A stretch of 64,000 nucleotides of DNA from an uncultured Gemmatimonadales bacterium (GTDB lineage Bacteria; Gemmatimonadota; Gemmatimonadetes; Gemmatimonadales; GWC2-71-9). Position 1 is the first letter of the stretch, and each line of letters starts with the position of its first letter. The notes below the pieces were generated by a model. That model saw only the letters and a program-made list of their open reading frames with translations, did no database searches and was not told where the DNA came from. The stretch lies in contig CAWCVB010000001.1 in assembly GCA_963798915.1 (NCBI GenBank), positions 1-64,000 on the forward strand. Reading direction: 5' to 3'. Positions 53,374 to 62,478 of the stretch are shown piece after piece. The position numbers and the translations under genes are program-made.

Positions 53374-54189
53374 ATGCGTCGTAGCCGACTGCTCATTGCC
53401 GCGATCGTGGCCATTGTCTCATTGGTCACCTACTTCGCCAGCTCGAGCGACAATCCAATTACAGGCGAAACCCAGCACACCGGCAGCATCACCCGGGAAC
53501 AGGAAGTCGCCCTCGGCCTGCAGGCGGCACCGGAGATGGCGCAGGAGTACGGCGGCATCAGCAGCGATGCCGCTGCCACCGCGCAGGTCAACCGGGTCTG
53601 CGCCCGGCTGGTCAGCCGGAGCGATGCGCAGCAGGCCACGGCCTACTACCGATTCGAGTGTCACCTGCTGGCGGACCCGAGCACCATCAACGCGTTTGCC
53701 CTTCCTGGCGGCCAGGTCTTCATCACGTCCGGTCTCTTGTCCAAGCTGACGACCGAAGGCGAGCTTGCCGGCGTACTCGGGCACGAGGTTGGCCACGTCG
53801 TGGCGCGCCATGGCGCGCAGCAGATGGCCAAGGCGCAGCTGACCCAGGGACTGAGCGGTGCGGCCGTGCTGGCGACCTACGATCCGAACGACCCAGCCAG
53901 CCAGCGCAACGCTGCCGTGGTGGCGCTGATCGGGCAGCTGGTCAACATGAAGTTCAGCAGGAGCGACGAACTGCAGGCGGATGAACTGGGCGTAAAACTG
54001 GAGAGTCAGGCGGGTTATGACCCCCGGGCCATGGTGAAGGTCATGGAGATCCTGGAGGCGGAGGCCGGCGCCAGTCGCCAGCCGGAATTCTTCAGCACCC
54101 ATCCCAACCCGGCAAATCGGGTCAGCCACATCGAAGATGCCATCAGGGCGCAGTATCCGAATGGGCTTCCGCCCGGACTTCAGGAATGA
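53374..54189 (+). CDS. M48 family zinc metallopeptidase
   Basis: INAFALPGG, HEVGH, SRSDELQAD, FFSTHP. Confidence 0.92.
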   Translation: MRRSRLLIAAIVAIVSLVTYFASSSDNPITGETQHTGSITREQEVALGLQAAPEMAQEYGGISSDAAATAQVNRVCARLVSRSDAQQATAYYRFECHLLADPSTINAFALPGGQVFITSGLLSKLTTEGELAGVLGHEVGHVVARHGAQQMAKAQLTQGLSGAAVLATYDPNDPASQRNAAVVALIGQLVNMKFSRSDELQADELGVKLESQAGYDPRAMVKVMEILEAEAGASRQPEFFSTHPNPANRVSHIEDAIRAQYPNGLPPGLQE

Positions 54190-55159
54190 CCGGGTGGTGC
54201 TCGGCGAGCGCATCGAGTTCCGCCTGCAGGTTCCCCGCGTCCTCCAGGAAGCGATCGAGCGAGACCGTACGCGCCATGCTCGCGCCGACAGGACGAAGCA
54301 CGTCCGAGTAATGCAAGGCATCGTCAAAATCATCAGCGCTGGACCAGTCATTGACGCGCGACAGGATCAGCAGCGACACGGCCGTGACGGCGGCCGTGAG
54401 GATCCGCCGGCGACGGGACAGCATGCTCACCAGGCTCAGATGGGCGCTCAGCGCCACGGTCAGCAGGAGCAGCAGCCCGGCTGACTGTGCCAGACTCCGC
54501 GCCATGGCGGCCGGCCAGATGAACTCCACGTATTGCATGGCTGCCGTCCACAGGGTTCCCAGCGAGAGCGCCAGCGCAGCAATGGCAAGATGGGTGAGGA
54601 ACCTCGCCCGGGCGCCCTGTGCCCGCCCGACCAGGGCCCACGTTCCGGCCCAGAGCGCCAGGAAGAGAAAGATGGCGACAGCGGCGCCGACCGCCGTGGC
54701 CGCGTCATCGGCGCCGTACTGCTTGAGCCAGGCGACGACCGCGGAGAAGGCCAGGGAGCCGCCGATGGTGGTCCAGGCGACGCCGGGCCGGCGAAGCCCG
54801 CTCACCAGCCGGTTCTCATCGGACAGCGGAACGGCTGGGGCCACGGCGTGACCGATATCGACGACCCTGAGGACCGTCTCCCCGAGGCGGGCCGTGCCCC
54901 CTGACGGCAGGCGAAGGCGCGGGCTTCGCTCACCCCGCATGCCGTCGCGCACTCCGTTGACGCTGCCCGTATCCTCTATCACCATGACGCCATCGGCGTC
55001 GAGCAGGAGGCGGGCGTGATGCGCATCCATGTAGCGATCATCCACGATGATGTCATTGTCGTACGCGCGACCGATGGATGCGGGCAACTGCTCCACGCGG
55101 TGCCGGGACCGCAGGTGGAGCCGGCGATCGCGGACCTCGACCAGGATCACTCGGTCCAT
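54143..55159 (-). CDS. FHA-domain membrane protein
   Basis: IGRAYDNDI..HHA..DTGSVNG followed by about five TM segments. Confidence 0.8.
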   Translation of the reverse strand: MDRVILVEVRDRRLHLRSRHRVEQLPASIGRAYDNDIIVDDRYMDAHHARLLLDADGVMVIEDTGSVNGVRDGMRGERSPRLRLPSGGTARLGETVLRVVDIGHAVAPAVPLSDENRLVSGLRRPGVAWTTIGGSLAFSAVVAWLKQYGADDAATAVGAAVAIFLFLALWAGTWALVGRAQGARARFLTHLAIAALALSLGTLWTAAMQYVEFIWPAAMARSLAQSAGLLLLLTVALSAHLSLVSMLSRRRRILTAAVTAVSLLILSRVNDWSSADDFDDALHYSDVLRPVGASMARTVSLDRFLEDAGNLQAELDALAEHHPVIPEVRAEAHSDTAP

Positions 55160-56439
55160 GCGATGCTCTCCAGGAATCGCCGGGCCACCCGCTCGGCATT
55201 TTCATAGCTCACACCGGCCAGCGTGAGCGTCGTCACCAGGCCCTGGTCTCCCTTCACCAGGGCGGCAGCCCGCACCACCACGTCGTACAGGCCGGCCATC
55301 CGGCGATACCGCCGCGCACAGAAGGCAGTGCGGAGCATGCCCTGCTGGCGTTCGACATTGCGGGTGACGCAGCGATAGCTGGTCACATCGTCCTCGTCGC
55401 CCCACATGGGCGAGTCCCCGCTGGCAAAATGCGCATTGTACAGCGCGTAGAACCGGAAGCGATTGAGCTGTTTCGAGCTGATGACCTGATGGGACAGCTC
55501 GATCAATCCCGACGCCTGATCCTCCGAGAGGTAGATGTAATCATCGGTAGAGCACTGGTGCGACACGGTTTCATAGGGCAGCTCAGGGCTGCGGTCGGCG
55601 TCCGCCCAGCAGCGGAAGAACGAGGCCGGCGCCGTGGGCAGCGTAAAGGGCCCGATCCTGACCGTGGGCACTGGCGTCCGGAACACCCGGTCCAGATACT
55701 CATCCTGGTAGGCGAGCATCTGGCGTCCGGCCTCATCCAGGAAGTTGTCGGCCGGTCGGAAATTCTGCGTCCGGCTTCGCTGCAGGAGGGCACGGGCGTC
55801 TGCCGACGGTACCAGGAAGCTCACCTGATTGCCCTCAGTGGAGACGTTGATGCCAATGACCTCGCCGGCGTCCGAGACCACTGGTCCGCCGCTCATGCCC
55901 GGATTCAGCGATCCGGTGAAATGGATCTTGGGATAGAGCGTGTGACGCAGCAGGCCGTTGTAGGTGCCCTCGACGATGCTGAGTCCGAGATCCTTGGGGT
56001 GCCCAAGGGAGAACAGCCGGTCGCCCTGCTCGGGCGTCACGTCGTGCAGCGTGAACCACGCCGATGGCGCCACGGCGCTGCGGACCAGCGCCAGGTCATG
56101 GACCACGTCGATGGCCAGCAGTGTGACGCCGAGCGTGTCTCCAGCGGCGGTGATGACTCGCGCCCGGTAACGATCGGGACTGCGGACCAGCTGGGACACG
56201 ACGTGATAATTGGTGATTACGTCTCCCAGCGCCGAGACGAAGAAGCCGGAGCCGAGCGACGCCTTGGCGGCCGAGCCGGTCTCGGAGATTTCGATCTTGA
56301 CGACTCGATCGCCGAAGCGGCGGAAGACCGAGGGGCTGCCCCGGCTGGCCGCCTGAGCATGCAGCGGCGCAGCGCGGGCCACGATCACCGGTGACCAGGC
56401 GCCTGCCAGGACTGCAATGGCGGCACGGGCCAGCCGCAT
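55147..56439 (-). CDS. Exported trypsin-like (S1) serine protease
   Basis: GSGFFV, ITNYHVV, HDLAL, LNPGMSGGP; Cys-containing C-terminal domain, no PDZ. Confidence 0.85.
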   Translation of the reverse strand: MRLARAAIAVLAGAWSPVIVARAAPLHAQAASRGSPSVFRRFGDRVVKIEISETGSAAKASLGSGFFVSALGDVITNYHVVSQLVRSPDRYRARVITAAGDTLGVTLLAIDVVHDLALVRSAVAPSAWFTLHDVTPEQGDRLFSLGHPKDLGLSIVEGTYNGLLRHTLYPKIHFTGSLNPGMSGGPVVSDAGEVIGINVSTEGNQVSFLVPSADARALLQRSRTQNFRPADNFLDEAGRQMLAYQDEYLDRVFRTPVPTVRIGPFTLPTAPASFFRCWADADRSPELPYETVSHQCSTDDYIYLSEDQASGLIELSHQVISSKQLNRFRFYALYNAHFASGDSPMWGDEDDVTSYRCVTRNVERQQGMLRTAFCARRYRRMAGLYDVVVRAAALVKGDQGLVTTLTLAGVSYENAERVARRFLESIAWTE

Positions 56440-56557
56440 GCGCGCAAGCATCAGCCGGCGGCCTCCGGGACGCTACGGGAAGAAGAACCAGGCGAGATGG
56501 AACCGCCAAAGTGTAACGCGGGGACGGCGACACCGCGAGGGCCGCTATCTTTTTTGG

Positions 56558-57403
56558 GTGAGCAAGCCATTGGCCAGAATCAAGATGCTACGTGCGGGCT
56601 TCTCCACGCTGGGCCAGGTGGCACCGGCCCTGGCTGCGGAGTACGCCGAGCGGCTCTTCTGCCGGCCGCCCACGCGGGAAGTGCGCCCCCAGGAAACGGA
56701 GTTCCTGGCGACCGGCGCGCGGTTCGAACTCCGGACTGGCCGGGAGACCATCGCCGCCTGGAAGTGGGGCGGCGAGGGCCCGCTGGCGCTCCTGCTCCAC
56801 GGCTGGGGCAGCCGGGCGTCCCGGTGGTGGCGACTGGTCCCGGGACTTGTCGACGATGGTTTTCGGGTGGTTGCATTTGACCAGCCGGCGCACGGCGAGT
56901 CATCGGGGGAACAGGTCTCGCTGCCGCGCTTTGTCGAGACGCTGGAGGCGATGGTCTCGCGCCTGGGACAAGCGCCGGCCCTGCTCTGCGGCCATTCGCT
57001 GGGAGGCTCCGCGGCGGTGATTGGCATGCATCGAGGCATTATGACCCGGCGCGCCGTGCTGCTGGGCGCGCCCTCTGAGCAACGGGAATATGCCGAGCGA
57101 TTTGCCCGGACGGTCGGCCTCCCGGATGCCGCGCGCGACATCATGATGGACAATCTCTCGCGCCGGCTCGGCTTGACCTGGAGCGATCTCGACCTGCCGC
57201 CCCTGGTGGAAGGGCTCGAGGTCCCGGCGCTGATCGTGCATGATCGAAGCGATGCCGAGGTGGCGTTTGCGCACGGCGAGCGTCTGGCGGCCAGCTGGCC
57301 CGGGGCGGAACTGCTCGCCACCGACGGGCTGGGGCACAGCGGCGCCCTGGAGGACGTCGTCGTGATGCAACGGGTCCGCCAGTTCGCGGCGGAGGCCCGG
57401 TGA
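56558..57403 (+). CDS. Alpha/beta hydrolase
   Basis: LLHGWGS, FDQPAHGES, GHSLGG, HDRSD, GLGH. Confidence 0.88.
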   Translation: MSKPLARIKMLRAGFSTLGQVAPALAAEYAERLFCRPPTREVRPQETEFLATGARFELRTGRETIAAWKWGGEGPLALLLHGWGSRASRWWRLVPGLVDDGFRVVAFDQPAHGESSGEQVSLPRFVETLEAMVSRLGQAPALLCGHSLGGSAAVIGMHRGIMTRRAVLLGAPSEQREYAERFARTVGLPDAARDIMMDNLSRRLGLTWSDLDLPPLVEGLEVPALIVHDRSDAEVAFAHGERLAASWPGAELLATDGLGHSGALEDVVVMQRVRQFAAEAR

Positions 57404-57666
57404 TTGTCATGGATCGCGAGAACCTGTTGGCACCGGGCTGGTCGCATGTCGTCTCGACGACCGGCGATGTCACCGAGCTGGAGGCGCTCCGCCTTGCCGT
57501 CGGCGCACCCCCAGCGGCCCTGCAGCTCACCAACTCGCGCTGGCCGCATCTCGACCTCAAGCTCGAACCACGCGAACGGGCGTTGCGGCGTCCCGACGTG
57601 ACCGTGGTTGAGTCGACCCGTGAGCTGATCCGTTTCGTGCGCGGCCAGCGCGGGATAGCTTCCTGA
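57400..57666 (+). CDS. Small hypothetical protein (weakly DUF4031-like)
   Basis: WSHVVS..EL..PHLDL..RERAL..TREL; coupled to both neighbours. Confidence 0.55.
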   Translation: MIVMDRENLLAPGWSHVVSTTGDVTELEALRLAVGAPPAALQLTNSRWPHLDLKLEPRERALRRPDVTVVESTRELIRFVRGQRGIAS

Positions 57667-57668
57667 GC

Positions 57669-58835
57669 ATGCTGCACCTGCTGCTGAATGCCGATCTTTA
57701 CGACCCACGATCGCTGGGCCGGCGCCACCTGCTGATCGCTCACGGGCGGGTGGCGTGGATCGGCAGTGCGGTGCCCGACATTCGGGGCGTGCCGGTTGAG
57801 CGCATTGACCTGGAGGGCCGCCGCCTCGTCCCCGGCCTGATCGATGGCCACGTTCATCTCACTGGCGGCGGCGGCGAGGCTGGTCCGGAGACGCGTGTGC
57901 CGGCCATCCCGCTCAGCCGGCTGACCACCGCCGGCATCACGTCGGTCATTGGCCTGCTCGGCACCGACGACGTGGTGCGCGGACCGGCGGAATTGCTGGC
58001 GACGACACTGGCACTGCGCCGGCTGGGATTGTCCGCCTGGTGCCTGACGGGTGGTTACCACTTGCCGCCGCGAACGGTGACCGGCAACGTACGTTCCGAC
58101 CTGGCACTGCTCGAGCCGGTGATCGGCGTGGGCGAGGTGGCCATCAGCGATCACCGCTCGTCGCAGCCGTCGCTCGATGTGCTGCTCGCCACAGCGGCCG
58201 AGGCGCACGTGGGCGGATTATTGGGCGGGAAGGCCGGCATCCTGCACCTGCACATCGGGGATGGCGCCCGCGGCCTGTCGTTGATCCGCGAGGCGCTCGA
58301 GCGCAGCGAGCTTCCGGCGAGCGTCTTCAATCCGACTCACATCAACCGGAGGCGGGCATTGCTGGACGAGGCGCTGGAACTGGCTCGCGCCGGCTCGGTG
58401 GTGGATGCCACCGCGTTTCCGGTGGCGGAGGGCGAGGACGCCTGGAGCGCCGACGCATCGCTGGTGCGCTACCTCGACAGCGGCGCGCCGGCCCGGAACA
58501 TCACCGTGAGCAGCGACGCCGGCGGCTGCCTGCCGGTCTTCGACGCCGACGGACGCGTGGCGAGCATGGATGTGGGCCGTCCCGCGGCGCTCCTGCGATG
58601 CCTCGGCGCCGCCGTTGCAGCTGGGCTGCCGCTCGAGCGGGCGCTCCCGGCCTTCACCTCCAACCCGGCGCGACACTGGCAGCTTGCCCGGAAGGGCCGG
58701 GTGGCGGTCGGGACCGACGCCGACCTGCTCGTCCTCGACTCCGAGGGCGGCGCCGACGCGGTCATGGCGCGCGGCCGCTGGCATGTGCAGGGCGGGAAGG
58801 CTATTGTCGTCGGGCCGCTGGAGGAGCTGGCGTGA
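57669..58835 (+). CDS. iadA: Isoaspartyl dipeptidase (beta-aspartyl peptidase)
   Basis: PGLIDGHVHLTGGGGEAG, GLLGTD, GEVAISDHRSSQP, GKAG..HIGDG, PTHINR, SSDAGG. Confidence 0.93.
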   Translation: MLHLLLNADLYDPRSLGRRHLLIAHGRVAWIGSAVPDIRGVPVERIDLEGRRLVPGLIDGHVHLTGGGGEAGPETRVPAIPLSRLTTAGITSVIGLLGTDDVVRGPAELLATTLALRRLGLSAWCLTGGYHLPPRTVTGNVRSDLALLEPVIGVGEVAISDHRSSQPSLDVLLATAAEAHVGGLLGGKAGILHLHIGDGARGLSLIREALERSELPASVFNPTHINRRRALLDEALELARAGSVVDATAFPVAEGEDAWSADASLVRYLDSGAPARNITVSSDAGGCLPVFDADGRVASMDVGRPAALLRCLGAAVAAGLPLERALPAFTSNPARHWQLARKGRVAVGTDADLLVLDSEGGADAVMARGRWHVQGGKAIVVGPLEELA

Positions 58836-59668
58836 CGCCGCCGGTAGCGGCTGCTCGCGCCGGCTACGTGGTGCCGGTGGGAGGTGCGGAGGACAAGGTG
58901 GGCGCCAGCATGATTCTGCGGCGGTTCACCACGCTGGCGGGAGGCGACGAGGCCGTCATCGCGATTCTTCCCACGGCGTCGGAGGTGATCGACACCGGCG
59001 AGCGCTACGCCCGACTGTTCCAGAACTTCGGCGCGCGGAAGACGACGGTCATCCCGATCACGTCGCGATCAGACGCCAACGACCCGGCCGTGATTGCAGC
59101 ACTGGAAGAGTGCAGCGGCATTTTCATTACCGGCGGGAACCAGCTGCGCCTTGGCACCATGGTCGGCGGCACCGACCTGGCCCGGACCATCCGGGCACGC
59201 AATGCCGCCGGGGCCCACGTGGCCGGCACCTCGGCGGGCGCCGCGTTCCTCTGCGAGCACATGATCGCGTTCGGCGAGGAAGGGGCCTCGCCCCTGGCCG
59301 GAAGTGTCACGCTGGCTCCGGGCCTGGGGCTGTCGAACACGGTGATCATCGACCAGCACTTCCGCCAGCGCGACCGGCTGGGGCGCCTGCTGACGGCGCT
59401 GGCCTACAACCCGTTCGCGCTCGGGCTGGGTCTCGACGAGAACACGGCGGCGTTCATCGGTCCCGACCATCGGTTCGAGGTGGTGGGAGGAGGCGCCATT
59501 ACGGTGGTGGACCCGTCGGATCTGGAGTTCAGTTCCATGGCGCGGGTGCGCCGCAACGACCCGGTGTGCCTCATCGGCCTCCGGCTGCACATTCTCGACC
59601 ACGGTTCTACGTTCAACCTCTCGACGCGCAAGGCTTCTCCGCCCCCGGAGATTGCCGAGCGCCCGTGA
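58832..59668 (+). CDS. cphB: Cyanophycinase
   Basis: VGGAEDK, LPTAS, TGGNQLRL, GTSAGA, DQHFRQRDRLGRL, GLDENT; GTG start overlapping iadA stop. Confidence 0.93.
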   Translation: MTPPVAAARAGYVVPVGGAEDKVGASMILRRFTTLAGGDEAVIAILPTASEVIDTGERYARLFQNFGARKTTVIPITSRSDANDPAVIAALEECSGIFITGGNQLRLGTMVGGTDLARTIRARNAAGAHVAGTSAGAAFLCEHMIAFGEEGASPLAGSVTLAPGLGLSNTVIIDQHFRQRDRLGRLLTALAYNPFALGLGLDENTAAFIGPDHRFEVVGGGAITVVDPSDLEFSSMARVRRNDPVCLIGLRLHILDHGSTFNLSTRKASPPPEIAERP

Positions 59669-59689
59669 ATTGATATATGCGGGGTGACC

Positions 59690-62476
59690 ATGCGCATCAT
59701 CGATCGCGCCGTCTACGTCGGCCCCAGTCTGTACGCCCATTTTCCCGTCATTCGCCTGGACGTCGATCTCGGTGAACTCGAGGACTGGCCCAGCGCCCGC
59801 CTCGGTCCGGCCTTCATCGATCCGCTGCTCGACGCACTGCCCGGGCTTCACGACCATGGTTGCTCCCATGGCGAGCCAGGTGGCTTCGTGCGCCGCCTGC
59901 GCGAGGGTGACGGCACCTGGATGGGTCACGTACTGGAGCATGTGGCCATCGAGCTCCAGAATGTGGCCGGCCACCAGATCAGCTTCGGCAAGACCCGGTC
60001 GCAGGGACCGCGCGGGCAGTACTGGCTGGTCTATCAGTATCAGCAGCGTGAGGTGGGCCTCGAAGCCGGCGAACTTGGCATGCGGCTGCTCCACAGCCTC
60101 CTTCCGCCAGACCTGCGGCCGGACGGAAGCGTGCCGCCCGGTTTTGAGTTTGCGGAGCAACGTGATGAATTCATCCGGTTTGCCCAGCGCCATGCGCTGG
60201 GACCGAGCACGGCGGCGCTGGTCCACGCCGCTACGGTCCGGGGCATCCCATGGCTCCGCACCGGCACCAACAGCCTCATTCAGCTGGGCCACGGCCGGCA
60301 CCAGCGGCGGGTACAGGCCACCGTCACCAGTCAGACGTCGCACGTGGCCGTGGAGCTGGCCTCCGACAAGGAACTGACCAATCGCATTCTCGGCACACTC
60401 GGCCTGCCGGTGCCGACCCAGGAACTGGTGCGGTCTGCCGACGAGGCGGTGGCGGCCGCGGCGCGCGTTGGCTACCCCGTTGTCACCAAGCCATACAATG
60501 GCAACCACGGCCGCGGCATCTCGATCCACCTGCTGACCGAGTCGCAAGTGCGCGACGCATTCCAGGTTGCTGCAGAGCACAGCAACAGCGTCGTGGTGGA
60601 AGCGTTCGTCGACGGACTCGACCACCGCATGCTGGTGATCAATGGCTCGGTCGTGGCGGTCTCGCAGCGGCGGCCGGGCCATGTCGTGGGTGATGGCCAG
60701 CACACGGTCGCCGAGCTGGTGGAGCGGGAGAACGCCGATCCCCGCCGAGGCATCGGGCACGAGAAGGTCCTGACCCGCCTCGAGTTCGACCGGCAGGCGG
60801 AGTCGCTGCTGGCGCGCATCGGCTACACGGCCAGGACCGTGCCGCCCGAAGGCGAGGTGGTCTACCTGCGCTCCACCGGCAACCTGTCCACCGGAGGGAC
60901 CGCCAAGGACGTCACCGACGTCACGCATCCCGACAACGCGGAGATGGCGGTGCGTGCGGTGCAGGCAATCGGGCTGGACATCGGGGGAGTCGATTTTCTC
61001 ACCAGCGACATTGCCCGTTCCTACAAGGACGTGGGCGGCGCGATTGTCGAAGTGAACGCGGCCCCCGGATTCCGCATGCACATGTCGCCCAGTGAGGGCA
61101 AACCGCGCGACGTGGCCGGGCCCGTGATCGACATGCTGTTCCCGCGCGGCGTACCCAGCAGCATCCCGATCGCGGCCATCACCGGCACCAATGGCAAGAC
61201 CACCACCGCCCGCATGCTGGCGCACATCCTGAAACTGGCCGGCCAGTGCGTGGGCCTCACCACCACCGATGGCGTGTACGTGGATGGACAGCGCACCGTG
61301 GCCGGAGACATGACCGGCCCGGTGTCGGCGCGCATGGTGCTTTCGGATCCATTCGTCGAGGTGGCGGTCCTGGAAGTGGCCCGGGGCGGGCTGTTGCGAG
61401 CCGGACTCGGCGTCCGCCAGGTTGACGTTGGCGCGGTACTCAACGTCCGGGAAGACCATCTCGGCATGCACGGCGTCAACTCGCTCCGGGAGCTGGCCAG
61501 CCTCAAGCGGATCGTGGTCGAGGTGGCAAGGGACACGGCGATCCTCAACGCCGACGACCCGCACTGCCTGCGAATGGCCGACCACGCGCCAGCGCGGCAT
61601 CTCTGCTACGTGACGATGAACCCCGGGCATGACCTGGTTCGGGCGCACATCCAGGCCGGCGGCAGGGGCTGTGTGCTGGAGGCCGGCATGACCGGCCAGA
61701 TGATCACGCTCTACGACCACGGCGCGCACATCCCGCTGCTGGCGGCGCACCTGATTCCGGCCACGCTGGACGGCCGCGCCACCCACAATATCCAGAACGC
61801 CATGTTCGCCGCAGCGATGGCCTTCAGCATGGGACTCAAGCTGGAGAACATTCGTCACGGGCTGCAGACCTTCGATACCACGTTCTTCCAGGCGCCCGGC
61901 CGTGGCAATGTCTTCGACGAGCACCCCTTCAAGGTGATCCTCGACTACGGCCACAACGCGGCGGCCGTGGATGCCATGGTCCAACTGGTGGAGCGCCTTG
62001 GCCCCACTGGACGGCGGATCGTGGTGATCACGGCGCCCGGCGACCGCCGGGACGAAGATATCGCCGCCGTGGGCCGCGCCGTGACCGGCAATTTCGACCA
62101 GTACATCTGCCGCCAGGACGACAACCGGCGTGGGCGCGAGCCCGGCGAGGTGCCGCGCATGCTCCACGACATCCTGGTTGACGCCGGCGTGCCGCCCGAC
62201 CTCGTAACGATCGTCGAGGACGAACAGGAAGCCGTCCGGACCGCGCTGGGCGTCGCGCGGGCCGGCGACCTGCTGCTCATCTTTGGCGACAACGTGGCGC
62301 GATGCTGGGACCAGGTCGTGAACTTCCAGCCGGTCCATGTGGAACGGCGCGCGGTGCGCCGCCCGGTCGAGGGAGACGGCGCAACGGTCGTACTCCAGGA
62401 GCGGGCAACGCCGCGCACGTTCGTGCGCGACGTGCGCGGGGTCCGGCTGGCGCGCGACATCGAACTCGAGGACTGA
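59690..62476 (+). CDS. cphA: Cyanophycin synthetase CphA1
   Basis: N domain CSHGEPGGF..HVLEH; ATP-grasp KPYNGNHGRG, NLSTGG, EVNAAPGFRMH; Mur-like TGTNGKTT, PGR, DYGHN. Confidence 0.96.
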   Translation: MRIIDRAVYVGPSLYAHFPVIRLDVDLGELEDWPSARLGPAFIDPLLDALPGLHDHGCSHGEPGGFVRRLREGDGTWMGHVLEHVAIELQNVAGHQISFGKTRSQGPRGQYWLVYQYQQREVGLEAGELGMRLLHSLLPPDLRPDGSVPPGFEFAEQRDEFIRFAQRHALGPSTAALVHAATVRGIPWLRTGTNSLIQLGHGRHQRRVQATVTSQTSHVAVELASDKELTNRILGTLGLPVPTQELVRSADEAVAAAARVGYPVVTKPYNGNHGRGISIHLLTESQVRDAFQVAAEHSNSVVVEAFVDGLDHRMLVINGSVVAVSQRRPGHVVGDGQHTVAELVERENADPRRGIGHEKVLTRLEFDRQAESLLARIGYTARTVPPEGEVVYLRSTGNLSTGGTAKDVTDVTHPDNAEMAVRAVQAIGLDIGGVDFLTSDIARSYKDVGGAIVEVNAAPGFRMHMSPSEGKPRDVAGPVIDMLFPRGVPSSIPIAAITGTNGKTTTARMLAHILKLAGQCVGLTTTDGVYVDGQRTVAGDMTGPVSARMVLSDPFVEVAVLEVARGGLLRAGLGVRQVDVGAVLNVREDHLGMHGVNSLRELASLKRIVVEVARDTAILNADDPHCLRMADHAPARHLCYVTMNPGHDLVRAHIQAGGRGCVLEAGMTGQMITLYDHGAHIPLLAAHLIPATLDGRATHNIQNAMFAAAMAFSMGLKLENIRHGLQTFDTTFFQAPGRGNVFDEHPFKVILDYGHNAAAVDAMVQLVERLGPTGRRIVVITAPGDRRDEDIAAVGRAVTGNFDQYICRQDDNRRGREPGEVPRMLHDILVDAGVPPDLVTIVEDEQEAVRTALGVARAGDLLLIFGDNVARCWDQVVNFQPVHVERRAVRRPVEGDGATVVLQERATPRTFVRDVRGVRLARDIELED

Positions 62477-62478
62477 CC

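Noticed and set aside
59069..62338. 1089-aa minus-strand ORF (and 61945-63801)
   Set aside because: Antisense shadow of cphB/cphA and its paralogue in high-GC DNA; no recognisable motifs
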